A DNA stretch of 64,000 nt from Takakia lepidozioides (GCA_030704615.1 CM060734.1:13516001-13580000); one strand, 5' to 3'. Positions 39,812 through 53,000 are shown, numbered from the stretch's first letter. Numbers and translations are program-made. The notes: generated from the letters alone by a model not told the origin.

Positions 39812-42800
39812 CTATCCATGTGTTGTATCCCACTGCAATAGAGTATCGACCTCGTTGAAACTCATAATGGCCTGGTGAATGAAGTTGTCACGTTTGGGAT
39901 CGCAAACCATCCTCTTCAAAAATATGAAATACAAATGTTTGCAGGGTATGAATTTACCTCTTTTGCCCAAATTGGTTGATAGCATATTCACAAAATCAGG
40001 ACATGTGCAATTGGGGAAATTGGAAACCGTGATGTCGTAGGTCCTGTCATGAACAGCAGATGTGGAAGTGATGATTGTGAATACCCGACCATATCCTGGA
40101 TCGGGTACTTCCGTGGTGCTTCCAACACGAGCTTGGAGCATTCTTGCGGACTCCACTTTGCCAAAGTGTTCAGCGGTTGGAGGGAAACGCCGAACGAGCT
40201 TTCCATCTCGTTTGGTTGGCCACAAGTCAGGATTTGCCGGGGGGACCCGGGAGGACGCAGAAGTAGTAGCACATGCATGGAGTTGGGGTTGTCTCGCAAG
40301 GGAAAAGCCTGCCTCCTCTAGCATTTCAATCTCCTGAAATCTGAGATGTGTTCCCACCTTCACGGGCCAAACGGTTGGAGGAGATGGCTTCATCACTACG
40401 GAAGGACGCACAGTTCCATGCACACATTTGGCACAATCATCTGTGCAAAACCAGAACTCGTGGTTCTTGGCTTCTGGTTGACCGTATGGACGCATCAAAC
40501 CCGTGAAAGTCGGAGCAGGAGTTCGGGCACCATCTCTGGATATAGATGAAGTGCACTTCTCGAAATTAGTTGCCCTGATCGCTGTACATTTCACATGAGA
40601 CCCTACACTTGTGCATTCTATGTGCCAAACGTGGTCGGGGCATGCGGACTCAAGCACATCAAGGGGGGTGTTTCTCTCCTGCACCATTTCAGTGGCACTG
40701 TTTGATGCTGGAGCTTGCCGTCGTGTTGGAGGTTCCTCCACAATGGAGGTTCCGGACATGGAGCTGTCATGCAGGGGAACACGAGGCTTCGAGAAGTTAT
40801 CACGGTCTGCCCTGTGCGAATTGGAATCCGAACCAAGTGGAGTGTTCAATTTCCTCTTACAGGAGCCGAATCTCTCATCCCCTTCAAGATGTGGAACTCT
40901 AGAAACAAGTGGCGTTCCCTGGGCATACATGTTCACCGCCCGTGCTATCTTGATTGGATCCCTAGATCTGTTTGCAGCACGCAACATCAACTCCCATTTG
41001 TCCGGACCCTTGCCACCAACCCCACCTCGCAAGAAATCACGGTATCGGGTTTGTTGTTGCAAGGCACGTATCAAATCATCTGTTGTTGCCACATACAAAT
41101 CCCGACCTCGTTTCCCAGACTACTGCAACCATGCGATGTGCACAGTTTCTGCCAAATTGCAAGATGGCATGTCTGCCATTTCCTCAATGTTCTGCAAAGT
41201 GGAGAACCACACTTCAAAACAGTGAACAGAAAACAACATAAAGAAAGCGAGGACACAATAAAATGGAAAGTAAATGTATGAATAAAGCAAGAAATATAAG
41301 CCTCGTACCACTGGCATGGCTGCTCCCCACTGTCTATACCAGAAGTGCCAAAACGCCAGCCAACCACCAGGCACGAATTGTCTGGAACAAAGTGTCCGCC
41401 TCCTTCATTATTCTAGCATCTTTGTACTCTTTGCACAATTTACGGTGCTGAGTCTGCATCTCTGGTTTGATGTCCGACTTTGTATGTTTTTCCAGAGATT
41501 GTGTCCAATGGAATAGACATGTACGCTCTCTTCCTCGCATTGGCACTTTTGGGTCGCCCGATCCGAAGACAATACGAACAGCATTGAAATTTGCTTGAGC
41601 ACTATCCGCCATGAAACCTGTGAAATTTGGAGATGGCAGCCCATGGCAGCCCATGACACGTATCAGGGAATTCCACATGAGCTTCTGGGATTCCGTATCC
41701 TCGGATTGCATGTCACAAACTGCAATTGTCATAACTCGTTGGTACACTGGATCGTAGACATGACAAGCCATTGTCGTCCAATCCTTCACTCGTTTCACAT
41801 GATCAAACATAAGAAAACAGTTCTGCAAGTCCCCAGTCTTCTGCATCCGCTTCACGAGGCTAACCCCACTGCCCTCCCCAACAGTCGACATTTTGAAAAG
41901 AAAAACTTTGATGGCACCTTGACCTGGGAATACATTGTCCTGGATGTAATCGTACTTGCTCATTCGTTTCAACTCCAAAATGTTGTCTATGTAGTCTCTG
42001 ATACCAGAGCCCATTCTTAATGCATTGATCTGATGCCGAATGTTAGGTGAACTCAAAGTGGAGAAATGATCCATGACCAGGTCCAATGCTGCACCGTCAA
42101 GTTTAGTCCCCACAAAATCCCCTTCACTCAAAATATGGCTTTCCAAGAAGGACTTGCTTGCGCCAAGAGCAATTGCAGATGTTGTTGAAGATGGGTTTCT
42201 CCCGAACTCCTGTTTAATCAACCTCGATACTGTCTCAACACTCTCCCTGTAATCCCCCTTCGAGACAGGATGGTTATGGAATCCGAAATGCACACAAGCT
42301 CTTGTCATTGTTTCCAAACGGTGGACAACATAGTACATTCTTGCTCCGCAGAACGCCAAGCAGGATGGCACAAGTTTGCAGAATTTGCAGACGAAAGTGT
42401 TTGCCGGTGGTGGGGCAGTCCCAGGCTGAAATGGATTTTCCGCCAGACCCTCCCATTCGCTTTGATTATGAACCCCAGACTGAAGAAAGTGTCTGCAATT
42501 CAAGTTATCACACCTAAGGTGTCCATTGCAAACTGTTCTCCTGAAAACAAGCTTGTCATCATTCTGAATATTGGATGTTTTTGTTCTGCACCACGGGTGC
42601 CCGTCGTGTTTCTTGTCCATTCCATGCATCATGATTGTTACACCTCCAACTCGCGGAGGAGGAGGCAGCTCGAATAGGATATCGCCATCAAAAGTCTCTG
42701 GCAAGAACTTCACAGGCACCTGCTTCAAAGATTCTCAATCAATTCCTCGCAACTCACTTTTGAATCCAGCCATTCCTCCCATCGCCCGTAATTTTGGAAT

Positions 42801-43274
42801 GACACTACAAATCTCTTCTTCATCAGCTTCTCCAACCACAGTAGGAAGGACTGGATTTGGAATTTCACTTATGTCATCATCGGACGAATCCGAAAGCTCA
42901 ACGATTGGAGTGGAGGACGTCTGTTCTTTTTTCACCACCACCTCCCTCTTGTCTTCAACGACCGAAGCAGCAGTCCCGGGCGTCACATATGACCCAAGGG
43001 ACTTTCGCCGAGGCTCTCCAAGTACTCTGTATCGACCAGGGCGCACTCTCCACTGGCTGACATGAGCCGTCTCATCACGGTTTTGGAAAGAGTATTTCAA
43101 CAACTTCCCTTTCAAATCGTACACCTCTTTCTCCAAAAAGATGGAGCCATTCTGAAGCTGAAAACGGGTAGCCAAGACATGTTCCAGAACAATTGCAAAT
43201 CCATTGTCAAGGACTTCCTGGGAGAACGGCACTGGTTTGTCGTCAGAGAAGAACTCCGCTTCAGAGGAAGCCAT
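39812..43274 (-). pseudogene. MULE transposase C (GCM-like, DDE, SWIM); premature stops near 42735 and 41120
   Basis: GHPWCRTKTSN..RRTVCNGHLRC..HFGFHNHP; MFDHVKR; FMADSAQAN; CLFHWTQS; CNLAETVH; CTCPDF..PCKHLY. Confidence 0.9.
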
Positions 43275-44115
43275 CTTCCTTCCTCGCGTACGTTGATACC
43301 TTGCTATCGCAGACCTTTACTAATGTCTCCAGAACACAGTTGAAGAATAAGCAGAGAATATGGTGGAGGAAGCTCAGACGACGACTGTGCATATTATGTT
43401 ATTCCTTCCAGATATGCAGCCGTCCATTTTAATTACTTTTCTTGTGGGCCCAATGGTCAAAGTATCCCTAGGAGCAATGTCGACAGCTGTTAAACCGTTA
43501 ATCAGAACCTCATCAATAAACACAATAACAAGCCGACTTCCTGGAAGCATGCCACAGGATCTGAGGGTAGGATTGCAGATTAAGTAAATGTATCTTTATA
43601 CTACTACCAATGATCATGCGCACCTGGAAAGTTCAAAATGTGAAACAAACGTGGGGTTGGCTAACAAAGATGACCGTGTATGATATCCCAAAATTTGTCA
43701 TCAAACTCTCGTTCATTTACATATATTTGTCTAAGACTGTGCGCCAAGATTTCTGGGATTCGCTGTTATTTTTAAATATTGAAACCGTTCTAATAAAAGA
43801 CACGCCGTTTATTTTGGGCGACACACGTCAGACATCGATAACTAAATATGAATAGCTGTACACTAATTGTTGGCATGTGCACTAATAAGGGAACGACTAT
43901 GTGTAACGGTCACGCGAGAGGGAATCCGATGCTTCTAGAGACAAGCAACAACGCACACAATCCCGCAAGAAATCGGGAGTCACTTCGTTTTTCTACTTTT
44001 CGCGCTTAGAAGGAGAGTGGTAGTCAAGCTGGAGAGGGTTCCTTCTACAATACGAAAGAGAAGAAAGTCTCTTTATTTTACTTCCCTTAGAGAGAGACGC
44101 AGAGCAAGAGAGCAA

Positions 44116-47100
44116 ATGACGAGGCGTCGTTTGTTGGAGAACACAGGGCCAAGGCAGCAGGTGAACGCGGAGACTGATTCACAAGAGCAGACCGAGACTG
44201 AGGCAGCGGCTGTGACACAGTCGGCGATAACAGTGCGCGTTGGAAACCAGCCTGTGGATGCAGAGATGACTCGCAGGGAAACTAAAGGAGGTGGAAGTAC
44301 GAGGAACGCTGAACCGGGAGAAGGTCCGGAAACCCTAGAGCAGACATAAAATTCCAGCAGATGTGAGAGGGAAGAGAAAAGCTGCAGAAGGGGATCCAAT
44401 TTCAAAACCTAAGAAGGCGTCAGTAAGTTTTCTCTAACTTACATTTCATTGTTGAAGATCTGCGTAGAGATTGAGTGGAATGTCCCAGAAAGGGATTGTC
44501 GCTACCGACCATCACCATGAAATAACGGTGATTTGCTTTCTACTCCTCTGTTAAGGGTTTACAGCACAATGAGTGGGTGACTGACGGTACCGTCATTCAC
44601 TGTTGTTCAGATCATACAGTCTGTCTGATTGCCTTTCAAGCAGTCCTTCCTCTTCCCTTCTTTAGCAGGAACATGTGATTGAAGTCTACTGAATTGCGAG
44701 CATCGTTAACGCCATTCGATTCTCCTCATGAGATTTATGTACCTATGTGTTTGAAGAGAGAGTGAGGGTCGGCATATTCAGTCATAATGTATTGCAATGC
44801 ATTTTCTTTGTATGAGGTTGAACAGATAGAGAAGTGGAAAGGCGGTACAGCCAATCAAAGATTTGAAGACCATACTGTAGATTCAGGTAGAGTATCGATT
44901 GGAAAGCACTCTCGACATAGACAAGCTGAATGTCGTTGCCGCCAATCACTTACACATATATGTCATTACACAACACCGATCCGGCAGGTCCTTGTCTTTT
45001 GTGATTGTCGTTAACGCCGTTCGCTCTCGCTCTCGCTTTTGTTTTGAATTCGGCATGATCAGCTTTGCTTGTGTAGATGGTTCTGAATTTGTTTCACACC
45101 ATTCATTGTGAGTTTCGTTGAGACAGAGTGATAGTCGTTACCGCAGTTCACTATTTGCACATTACTCAGTCAGATTTGAATGGCATCATGCAGAAAACTT
45201 TGAGGTCCAAGCCTACAGGATCAGAGGGGAAAGGATCTGGAGATGGGGACAAGTCTGGAAAAAGCTCAGAGAATAACGATGAAGCAGATGAATCTGAAGT
45301 GCACTACCTTGACAAGGTGAAAGAACTCATGTCATTCTAGAAGGTAAACTCTCAGGAGGTTATAAGGGACATGCTCGTATCTGGAGGGCGTTTGGACATC
45401 CCTCTGTGCCGGATGATATCTATGCCTGTTGTGCGTCCACCTCTTTCCCATGACATAACAAAATTGGAGAGTGATTTTGTGCATGGATACAGACTTGGTG
45501 CACAAGTTTTTTATGTGTCACTGACGGATATAAATGGGAAAAGCACATTAGTGTCTCCAAAGATCAGTGATACCTGGGATGAGTGCTGGAAAGATGCCAA
45601 TGAGGAGTTCGAGCTGGGCCTCATGATGGGAAAGAACACCTAGCAATTCTGCAACCACTTGTTCTACGTCTGGGACGGCAACCACCGATTGTTGGCATGG
45701 ATGGGATACATCCAGAAACACCATGCGAAAGACAAAGACAAGCATGTTGTTGTGGAGGCAATGGTTTTGGATCCAGGAAACGACATCGCTAGGCTTCTTA
45801 CAGCTATGCACGACGTGAACAAGTAAGTCATCCTAGAGATTTCATTCCCTCTGTAGTGTCTTGTTAATCAGGAATGCAATGTTTCCAATGTTTTTGCAGA
45901 TCGACAGAGAAATCGCATGTGACAACAAGCTTGGTCCACACACTATTCCGAATTCAGAGGATTGGTCTGATGAAGCTGGATGATTTTCAGACAGTACTCC
46001 CCCCCAATATAATCAAGAAGTGCGAAACAGGAAGAGCTGCAGGCACTTGGTATTCTTTGACTCGAGAGGCGTTTCTGGAGTACATGTATGCGGTAAGCCC
46101 GAGTTTGTACTCAGTTTACTTTTCGAATACATGTTTGTAGTCCCTTCGGTGCTAATCACTATTTGAATCAATGCAGCAAGAACTGGCAGAGGCAGCTGAG
46201 AAGGGAAAATCCGAATATTACCGCACTACACCAGAGGAACTAAGGACATCAAAGGGTGTGGAAGCAGCAATAAAAAAGGAGTTTGAAATGCGAAGAACCA
46301 AATTGATGTCCGCCTTCGGAAAGCAGCTTAGAATAGTAGATCCTGGACTTGGTTCTGAGTTCCTTCAGCAGATCAAATCTCACTATGACAAGCATGTGCA
46401 TCCGGAGATGCAGCAGGAGAAATTGCACCGGCTGGCCATATCCATGGTCGACCCACAAACAAAAATAAGGTGGTTGGAGATATGGAACTCAGATCAGACA
46501 GTAAAGACTTGAATCAGTTCCCAAAGAGCACCATACAGCCTGGCACAAAGGTGGAAGGAATCAGTGATTTGGTGTTTGATAACTGGCTCCAGGCTACATT
46601 TTGGAGTCAGGTGTGTATTCAAATAAGCCGTTTTCTTTTCTTCAATCTTACTTGCAATACTGACAAATATACAATTTGCAGCTCGAAAAGCGCGCCGTCA
46701 TTGTGCTGGATCAGACTTTGAAGGACTTGAACATTTCGATTGTTTCCCCTCCCCAAATGTCATTGGAGGCATACATAAGGAAGTGGAGAGGTCTCACCTG
46801 GAGATACTGTTTTTTCCGGGAGTTCTCCAAAGATGGTAACATTTTACGGTCCAACGACTTTGACAGTCAGGTTGGAGGAGAGTGGGCCATGATGCGAGTT
46901 GTGTACAGGTGCAATATCATACTGGAAACTCTACTGCATTTTTTGGGAAATAATTTGGCTTAATAAGGATTGTAATCATAGATCCAAATTGAATGTCGTT
47001 GACGACATTCACTTCTTTGTCTGAGTCATTCTTAAGCGAGAATTTGAATTCACCTGGATTAGGAGCTTAGGGTGTAATTATAGTGTCCCTGATTAGAATT

Positions 47101-50045
47101 GATAATGTCCTTGAATGGCGTTGACGACATTCACATCCAGAGTTGTTGAGAGGTCCTCAGAGTTATGTAAGTTTTTGTAATGTCCATAGAGTTTACAGTG
47201 AGGGTTCCTCACTTCAGTTTGCTGAATGTCAATGCAGACATTCAGTTGTTTTGCATTGCTTTTGCCTCTTGCGAGAAATCTTGAGGCTTGATTAGCTATG
47301 TTATCAGAGATCCAAAGTGAATGTCGTCAACGACATTCACTTCTATGTTTGTGTCATTCACCAGCGACAATTTGAATGTACATGGATTGGGAGCTGAGGG
47401 TGTATTAATTGGTTCCTTGTTCGTAATTTTGTGAATGGCGTTGACGCCATTCACATCCAATGTTATTATGAGGTCCTCAGTGTTATGTTCGTTATGAATG
47501 TCCATTGAGTTTTTGGGGAGGGTTCCTTACTCGAGTTTCTAATTTCCATCCAATGTTTTTGCCTCTTTTGAGAAATCAATAGGCTTGATTAGCAGTGTAT
47601 TCACAAATCCAAAGTGAATGTCGTTGACGACATTCACTTCTATGTCTCTATCATTCCAAAGCGAGAGTTTGCATTCACGTGGATTAGGGTGTATTCACAA
47701 TATCATTGAATGGAATGTTTTGAATGGCGTTGACGACATTCACATCCGGAGCTGTCGCGTGGTCCTGAAAGGTCATTGGAGCAGTTCTCAGAGCCATTTC
47801 ATTCCATGTTTTTTTCATTCTGTGCTACTTGCATCTTTATCACTTCGCGATTTGGTGGGTTGGGATTTATCTACTGTTTAACAGGTACACAAAATATGTG
47901 CTTATGGAAGGAAATCACCTGAGCGGTATTCCAGACTATCTTGACATGTGGTCGGACCCTGCAAACGATCCAACCATGTATACTGCAGGGATATTAAAGG
48001 ACTGGAGTCCTTCTCACTTCAGAGAATGTGGCTGGTACCTTGACTGCCCACCGGAGCACCCGACCTTTCAAGAACAACATATGAAATATTTGAACAATAA
48101 TGCTGAGATGCTGGCGCCTCTGACTGACGAAGAGTACCAAAGAAACATAGCAACATTGGCTGCCAAGGAGCCTGATGCTCAGGGAACGCCGCAGAAGGGA
48201 AAGAAGGCGGGCCGCAAACCGAAAGCCAAGGCTCTTGATGTCATAGCCATCTCACCAGCAAAGCCAAAGGACAAAGACAAGTCCAAAGAGAAGGAAAAGG
48301 ACAAGGGGAAGGAGAAAGAAAAAGGAGATGGAGAGTGGGCAGGACTTCACTGCTGGAAGATATACCCGCACAGTTCAGTGCGTGTTCGATGCCAAGCCAC
48401 ACCCTTCCCGTTCTGATTCGGCAGGAGAGATTAAAATTGTCAATGAGGGTTGGCTGTCGATGATGCAGAGTCGAAAGAGAGGATACACTGGGGTGCCTTC
48501 GCCTACTTGGGACAACATAATCTCATTCCTCAATCTGGTGAGAATTCCAGTTTCTTTCCTTTTTCTCTGAAAGTTTCATTGGCAGTATTTCAGTCTGGTT
48601 CTTTGAAAACATTCTTTCCATCGTTCTTAAAAAAAACATGTCTGTTGCAGGTGAGCACAGGTCCCACCTTTGTGTGCGGTGTGCAGAAAACATATGCGGC
48701 TAACATTGTCATTCTCAATATCCCGGATGGCCAGGCTGTGCCAGAAGTTCTTCCAAAGGGCAAGACGCCAGGTTGGAACAAATTCGAGGACAACTACCGG
48801 AGTTGGGTGTTCGGGTTCTATAATAATTTCCTCTCTGATGCAGGGACACTTCTGCTTTTTCAGTCATGTGACAAAGATAGTCGTCGGGCATTGGCATCAT
48901 ACCTGAAGTCTTCAGGGTTTGAAGTTTTGCGCACATGGAATTGTGTGAACAGCCTCTACCTTGTGAAAGGGGGTTTCCCTGGTCAGCTGGTATGCCATCT
49001 CCCTTCTGCTTGTGCTTTCATGATGATTTTCAATGTTCTCTGCAGCTCCACTCTAGAAGAATCTGTCATGATCGACACCGATCATCACCGATTCGTGATA
49101 AAAATGATTGTTTTTTGCCTGAGTTCTGAATAACCGATGTACACACTTCCACTATAAATTGTGTTTACCACACTAACCTGCTATCTTTGGCAGACGAGGA
49201 TGTTCGAGGCGATCTACCTGCGGAGGATTCGCACCTCAAAGACACCATCCTCCATCCGCAGCTTTGAGATTTCTGACCAGGGTTGTTTCGTCAACCCCCC
49301 CTATGAGCCGCATGTCGATGACATTTTGTACAACTTCATGCAGTCCAATCAGACTCTAAAGAGACCAGATGGCACTCCCTGGAGAGGTGCAAAGGAAAAA
49401 TCCCCAGCGTTCATGCAAATACTGCTGGAGTCATGCAGCCACCACTCTGCACGAGTGGTCGATCTTTCTGTGTCCACAGGTTCGTTCTCTCCCTTTTGAA
49501 TTGATTTTCTTTCACTAGTTCCATCTGCTTAAATCCCCCCCACCAAACTGTTCATGTCCTCCTGTCTGATGCAGGAGCAACTTACCATACATGCAAGGCA
49601 GGCGGAAGAAGCCTTTTTGGCATGGAGGGTGATTCTGACCTCTACAACACAGTGCTCCTCCCCCTTTTGTCTGGCTCCACTTCAGGCACACAGACTGATC
49701 GGATTCAAATTCAAAATGATGACGATCCCGAAGATAAGCAGGTCGACAGCGACTTTTCATGTGAGTAAGTGCTAAACCCACTTTGAGAGTCATACTCAAT
49801 TTCTCAATAACATCAAAGTTACAGTAATAACTTTTTCAGGCTGTCTTTCAGGAAAGGCAGCGGTGGATCTTCAGGAGATACAGTCATTTAAGGCGAGTCT
49901 GTTTTCGACAGCCCCCTTTCCAATTTTCTGCTTCCTGATTATGCCGAAGCAATGGCACTTCACGCGGCCGAGTCCCTATCCCCTGAATTTTTACTGCCCG
50001 GCCGTAGGTGTAGCCAGCGTAGATCCGGAGTTCTTAAATACTTAG
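44116..50045 (+). pseudogene. Cargo gene of C: multi-exon ParB/Srx-like + beta-class amino-methyltransferase-like protein; disrupted
   Basis: RLDIPLCRMISMPVVRPPLSHDITKLESDFVHGY..FYVWDGNHRLLAW (45674-45688); NIVILNIPDG (48717); KEKSPAFMQILLESCSHHSARVVDLSVSTG|ATYHTCKAGGRSLFGMEGDSDLY across intron 49480-49574. Ends approximate. Confidence 0.75.
46990..47743. repeat. Intronic array of palindrome GTGAATGTCGT-YR-ACGACATTCAC (6-7 copies in ~300-bp tandem units)
   Basis: Copies at 46990, 47112, 47317, 47431, 47614, 47721 and degenerate 47223, inside intron ~46909-47884. Confidence 0.88.
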
Positions 50046-53000
50046 ACTTAGATGCAGAGGAAGCGGGGATACATTGTACTGACTCTGAGTCAGACTGAAC
50101 TATGTTCTTTTAATATTCTGTTTCATCCTCTTTGGAAAACGTTGAATCCCCTTCCTCCACCGTAGTTGTTCCTTTGGAAAGAAAAATAATCAAAGAATCA
50201 ACTACCATTTAAATTGCAATATGTATGAATCCATCTCACAAACCTCCCTCACTCTTGTCATATCCATTGTGCTTTCATCTACAGTGTATTCATGTGTGCT
50301 CCATTCATGAATGTTTTCCTTTGTTCAACATCCATTGCACATTCATCCTCTGTAATCTTAATTCACCCCACAAACCTTCCACACTCATGTCATATACGTT
50401 GTGCATTCATCTAAAGTTTTAGTCATGCATCTTCCTGTCATGAATGTTTTTCATTGCTCAACATCCATTATACATTCATCCATTTGACTCTTAGCCATCC
50501 CTCATGCATCCATCTCCATTCAATTTTCACACTCATCCATCTGTTTATCATCCAACTGTACATTCATCCATCCTTTATTCATCTGTTGCTTTCAGGTGGG
50601 AATGACCATTGCCTTTTATTATGTCGTCCAGCTTGTTTCCGCGGTAAAGGGTGCCAATCCGCGGGAATACACTCCACTTCTTCCTGGGCGCGTGGTGACG
50701 CGGTCTTCAAGTGTGATGACGTGGAGTGAGCCCCGTGATGTGGCATTGGCGCAAGGTGACGTGGCGTGAGCGTAGTTGTGCTCACGCGCTCACGTGACCA
50801 GGCTCACGCCGAGGCATCCCCCAAACTATGGTGCTTTCATAATATGATTGACCAAGAATCCCACCCTCCCACTCTATTTTTTCAGATACCCTGAAATGTA
50901 ATGGGATATTCAAATGAGATGGTAAACATGGAAGTGGTTGTTAGATGGTGCCCTGTAAAGGGCTGCTTTGTCTTTTAATGACAATGACCTTAGTGGTCTT
51001 TGTCCATGTCTTGACATGACATGTATATCTTCCCTCTCTTTATTTGATCAGTGTACTTAGTGGTTTTTGTACACACCATCTACCCTTCTCCTTTCCTGTT
51101 TCACCTTCTCATTCTGATGTACTGACAATATTTTTTGAGGAGCCTTGGTAGATAGGCAACAAACACATTCCAAACTGGAATGATGAAGTGAAAGCCTTGG
51201 GGTATGAATCCCCCTTGGCCAGGTATGATCTTCTCCAGCAATAGTATGGTTGATTGATTGGGTATGAAAAGTAAGGCATCCTTGATGATACCTGAAATAA
51301 GCATAGAGCATCTAAAGGACTTTTGAATGCCGATATTATGAGCTAAGCCCTGGTAAGACAACTTATGGGAGTATGTGTACACCTTATACATGATCCAGTC
51401 GATGCACACTACTTTTGTTAGCTAGTCTCTTGTAGCCGATGCCTTATATCAGAATCAGATACCTTATGATTGAGTGACTACCAAGTCCTTTGATCAAGTG
51501 CTTTTATACTTCTCTTAGATATGGCTTCGCTCCTTGTGGCACCATAAAAAAATACCCAACTCTAATCTGTTGCTAGAAGATGTTTTGTCCATATCATAGG
51601 CATGGTACTACAGACCTGAGCTGCTGTTGTATCTTGACAAGGTTCCTTCCCTAGCCCGTTCTTCCCTGTGCGAGAGCTTATTGAGAAATTGAAAGGTATT
51701 TTCTAAAAACTTGTACCTATCCAGAGCTAAGCATACCACTGAACTCTCTGTTCTTTTCTCGTGATACTATACCAGTCTTGCTATGATACACTTTATGCCA
51801 ATGTTTCATTCATGACCCGAGGAAGAGAGGATGTAGGATTCTACTCCCCAAGGATAGAACTACATGGAAGAGGGGAAACCTTATGAGAAGGGGTCTAGTA
51901 TGCACTCCCTTACGGGGTGAGTGCATACCACACTCACTCCGTAAGGTTCTGCCATGCCAGGGGATTGGCTGGTGGGTCCCTCTCTCTCCCTCTATCCCTC
52001 TCCCTCTATAACTCTTTGGATTTCATCTGGCCTTAACCTTTTTAATGTTGGTTATTCGGTTGTTCATCCCAATTCCCTTTTCATCCAAAATTGGATGATT
52101 TTTTTGAAGGATGATGACGCTTACTCTGCAGATTTTGGTTTTTCATCCTAATCTCCTTTCTCATCCAAATCTGGATGAAATTATTAGGATGATGACCCTT
52201 ACTGTGCGTAAATCTTGGTTTATCATTTGTTTTCTTCTTTTTCATCCAAACGGGATGAATTCCATGAATGATGGTGACCTATTTTAATCCAGGAGAGAGT
52301 AATTTTACCATCATTTATTATAAATGATGGCAGTTATTAAACTTGAGCCTATACCCTAACCCTAAAAGTTACCTTTTTAATAGATGTAATCCATTGACGA
52401 GTGCATCTCCTGCTAGAATGCGACTTTTCATCCCCCCTGGATGAGAAATCGGGGATCTGTGCCCTAGGCAGGTCGACACCTTTCACAGCACAGAGCTTAG
52501 GTTGGACAGTAAGTGCAGATTATTCAGATTGACTCCATTGTGATTACCGTCGCAAGCATTCATGCTTCAGGGATCCTTGATGATGCGCCGTGTAAATCTG
52601 CTCCCCAACTACTGCATGGTACCGGTGATGGCTGGCTCTTGGGATGCGCATTGGCGGTTATGCAGATTCTTCTCTGGCAGATGACAAAGCGATGATTGCT
52701 TTGCTTAGACCCTCATGGTTCTTTTTAATTGCAGCGTCACTCCTCGTTGGGAAGTACTCTACCCCTATTTATCTACAGATTACATATGGCTCTTTCACTT
52801 TGTATGAGCTCTTCTCTATCTGTGAACCCTTCTACTGTGATTGTGTTATGTTGGAGACGATCTGTTGGACGCCATGGCGCAGGGCATACCGCAAACACTC
52901 GAGGTCTTTTGAGGTTATCCTTGCTTGAATTGTGATCTGTACATGCTTTAGAATTCAGCACTGATATGGATAGCAACTGTGAAGACCTGCCACTCACCTG

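Larger units (their letters stand above)
39222..50821 (-). mobile_element. Mutator-like DNA transposon C (11.6 kb), complete, carrying ParB-MTase-like cargo gene
   Basis: TSD CAAACTAT (39214-21, 50822-29); empty site tgtCAAACTATggtgc at ~54561; imperfect TIRs GGCAATGACGC.. / rc GGGGATGCCTC.. with CGTGAGC repeats. Confidence 0.93.

Noticed and set aside
50225-50590. CATT/CATCC-rich segment as a coding region
   Set aside because: Low-complexity degenerate tandem duplication near the end of element C.
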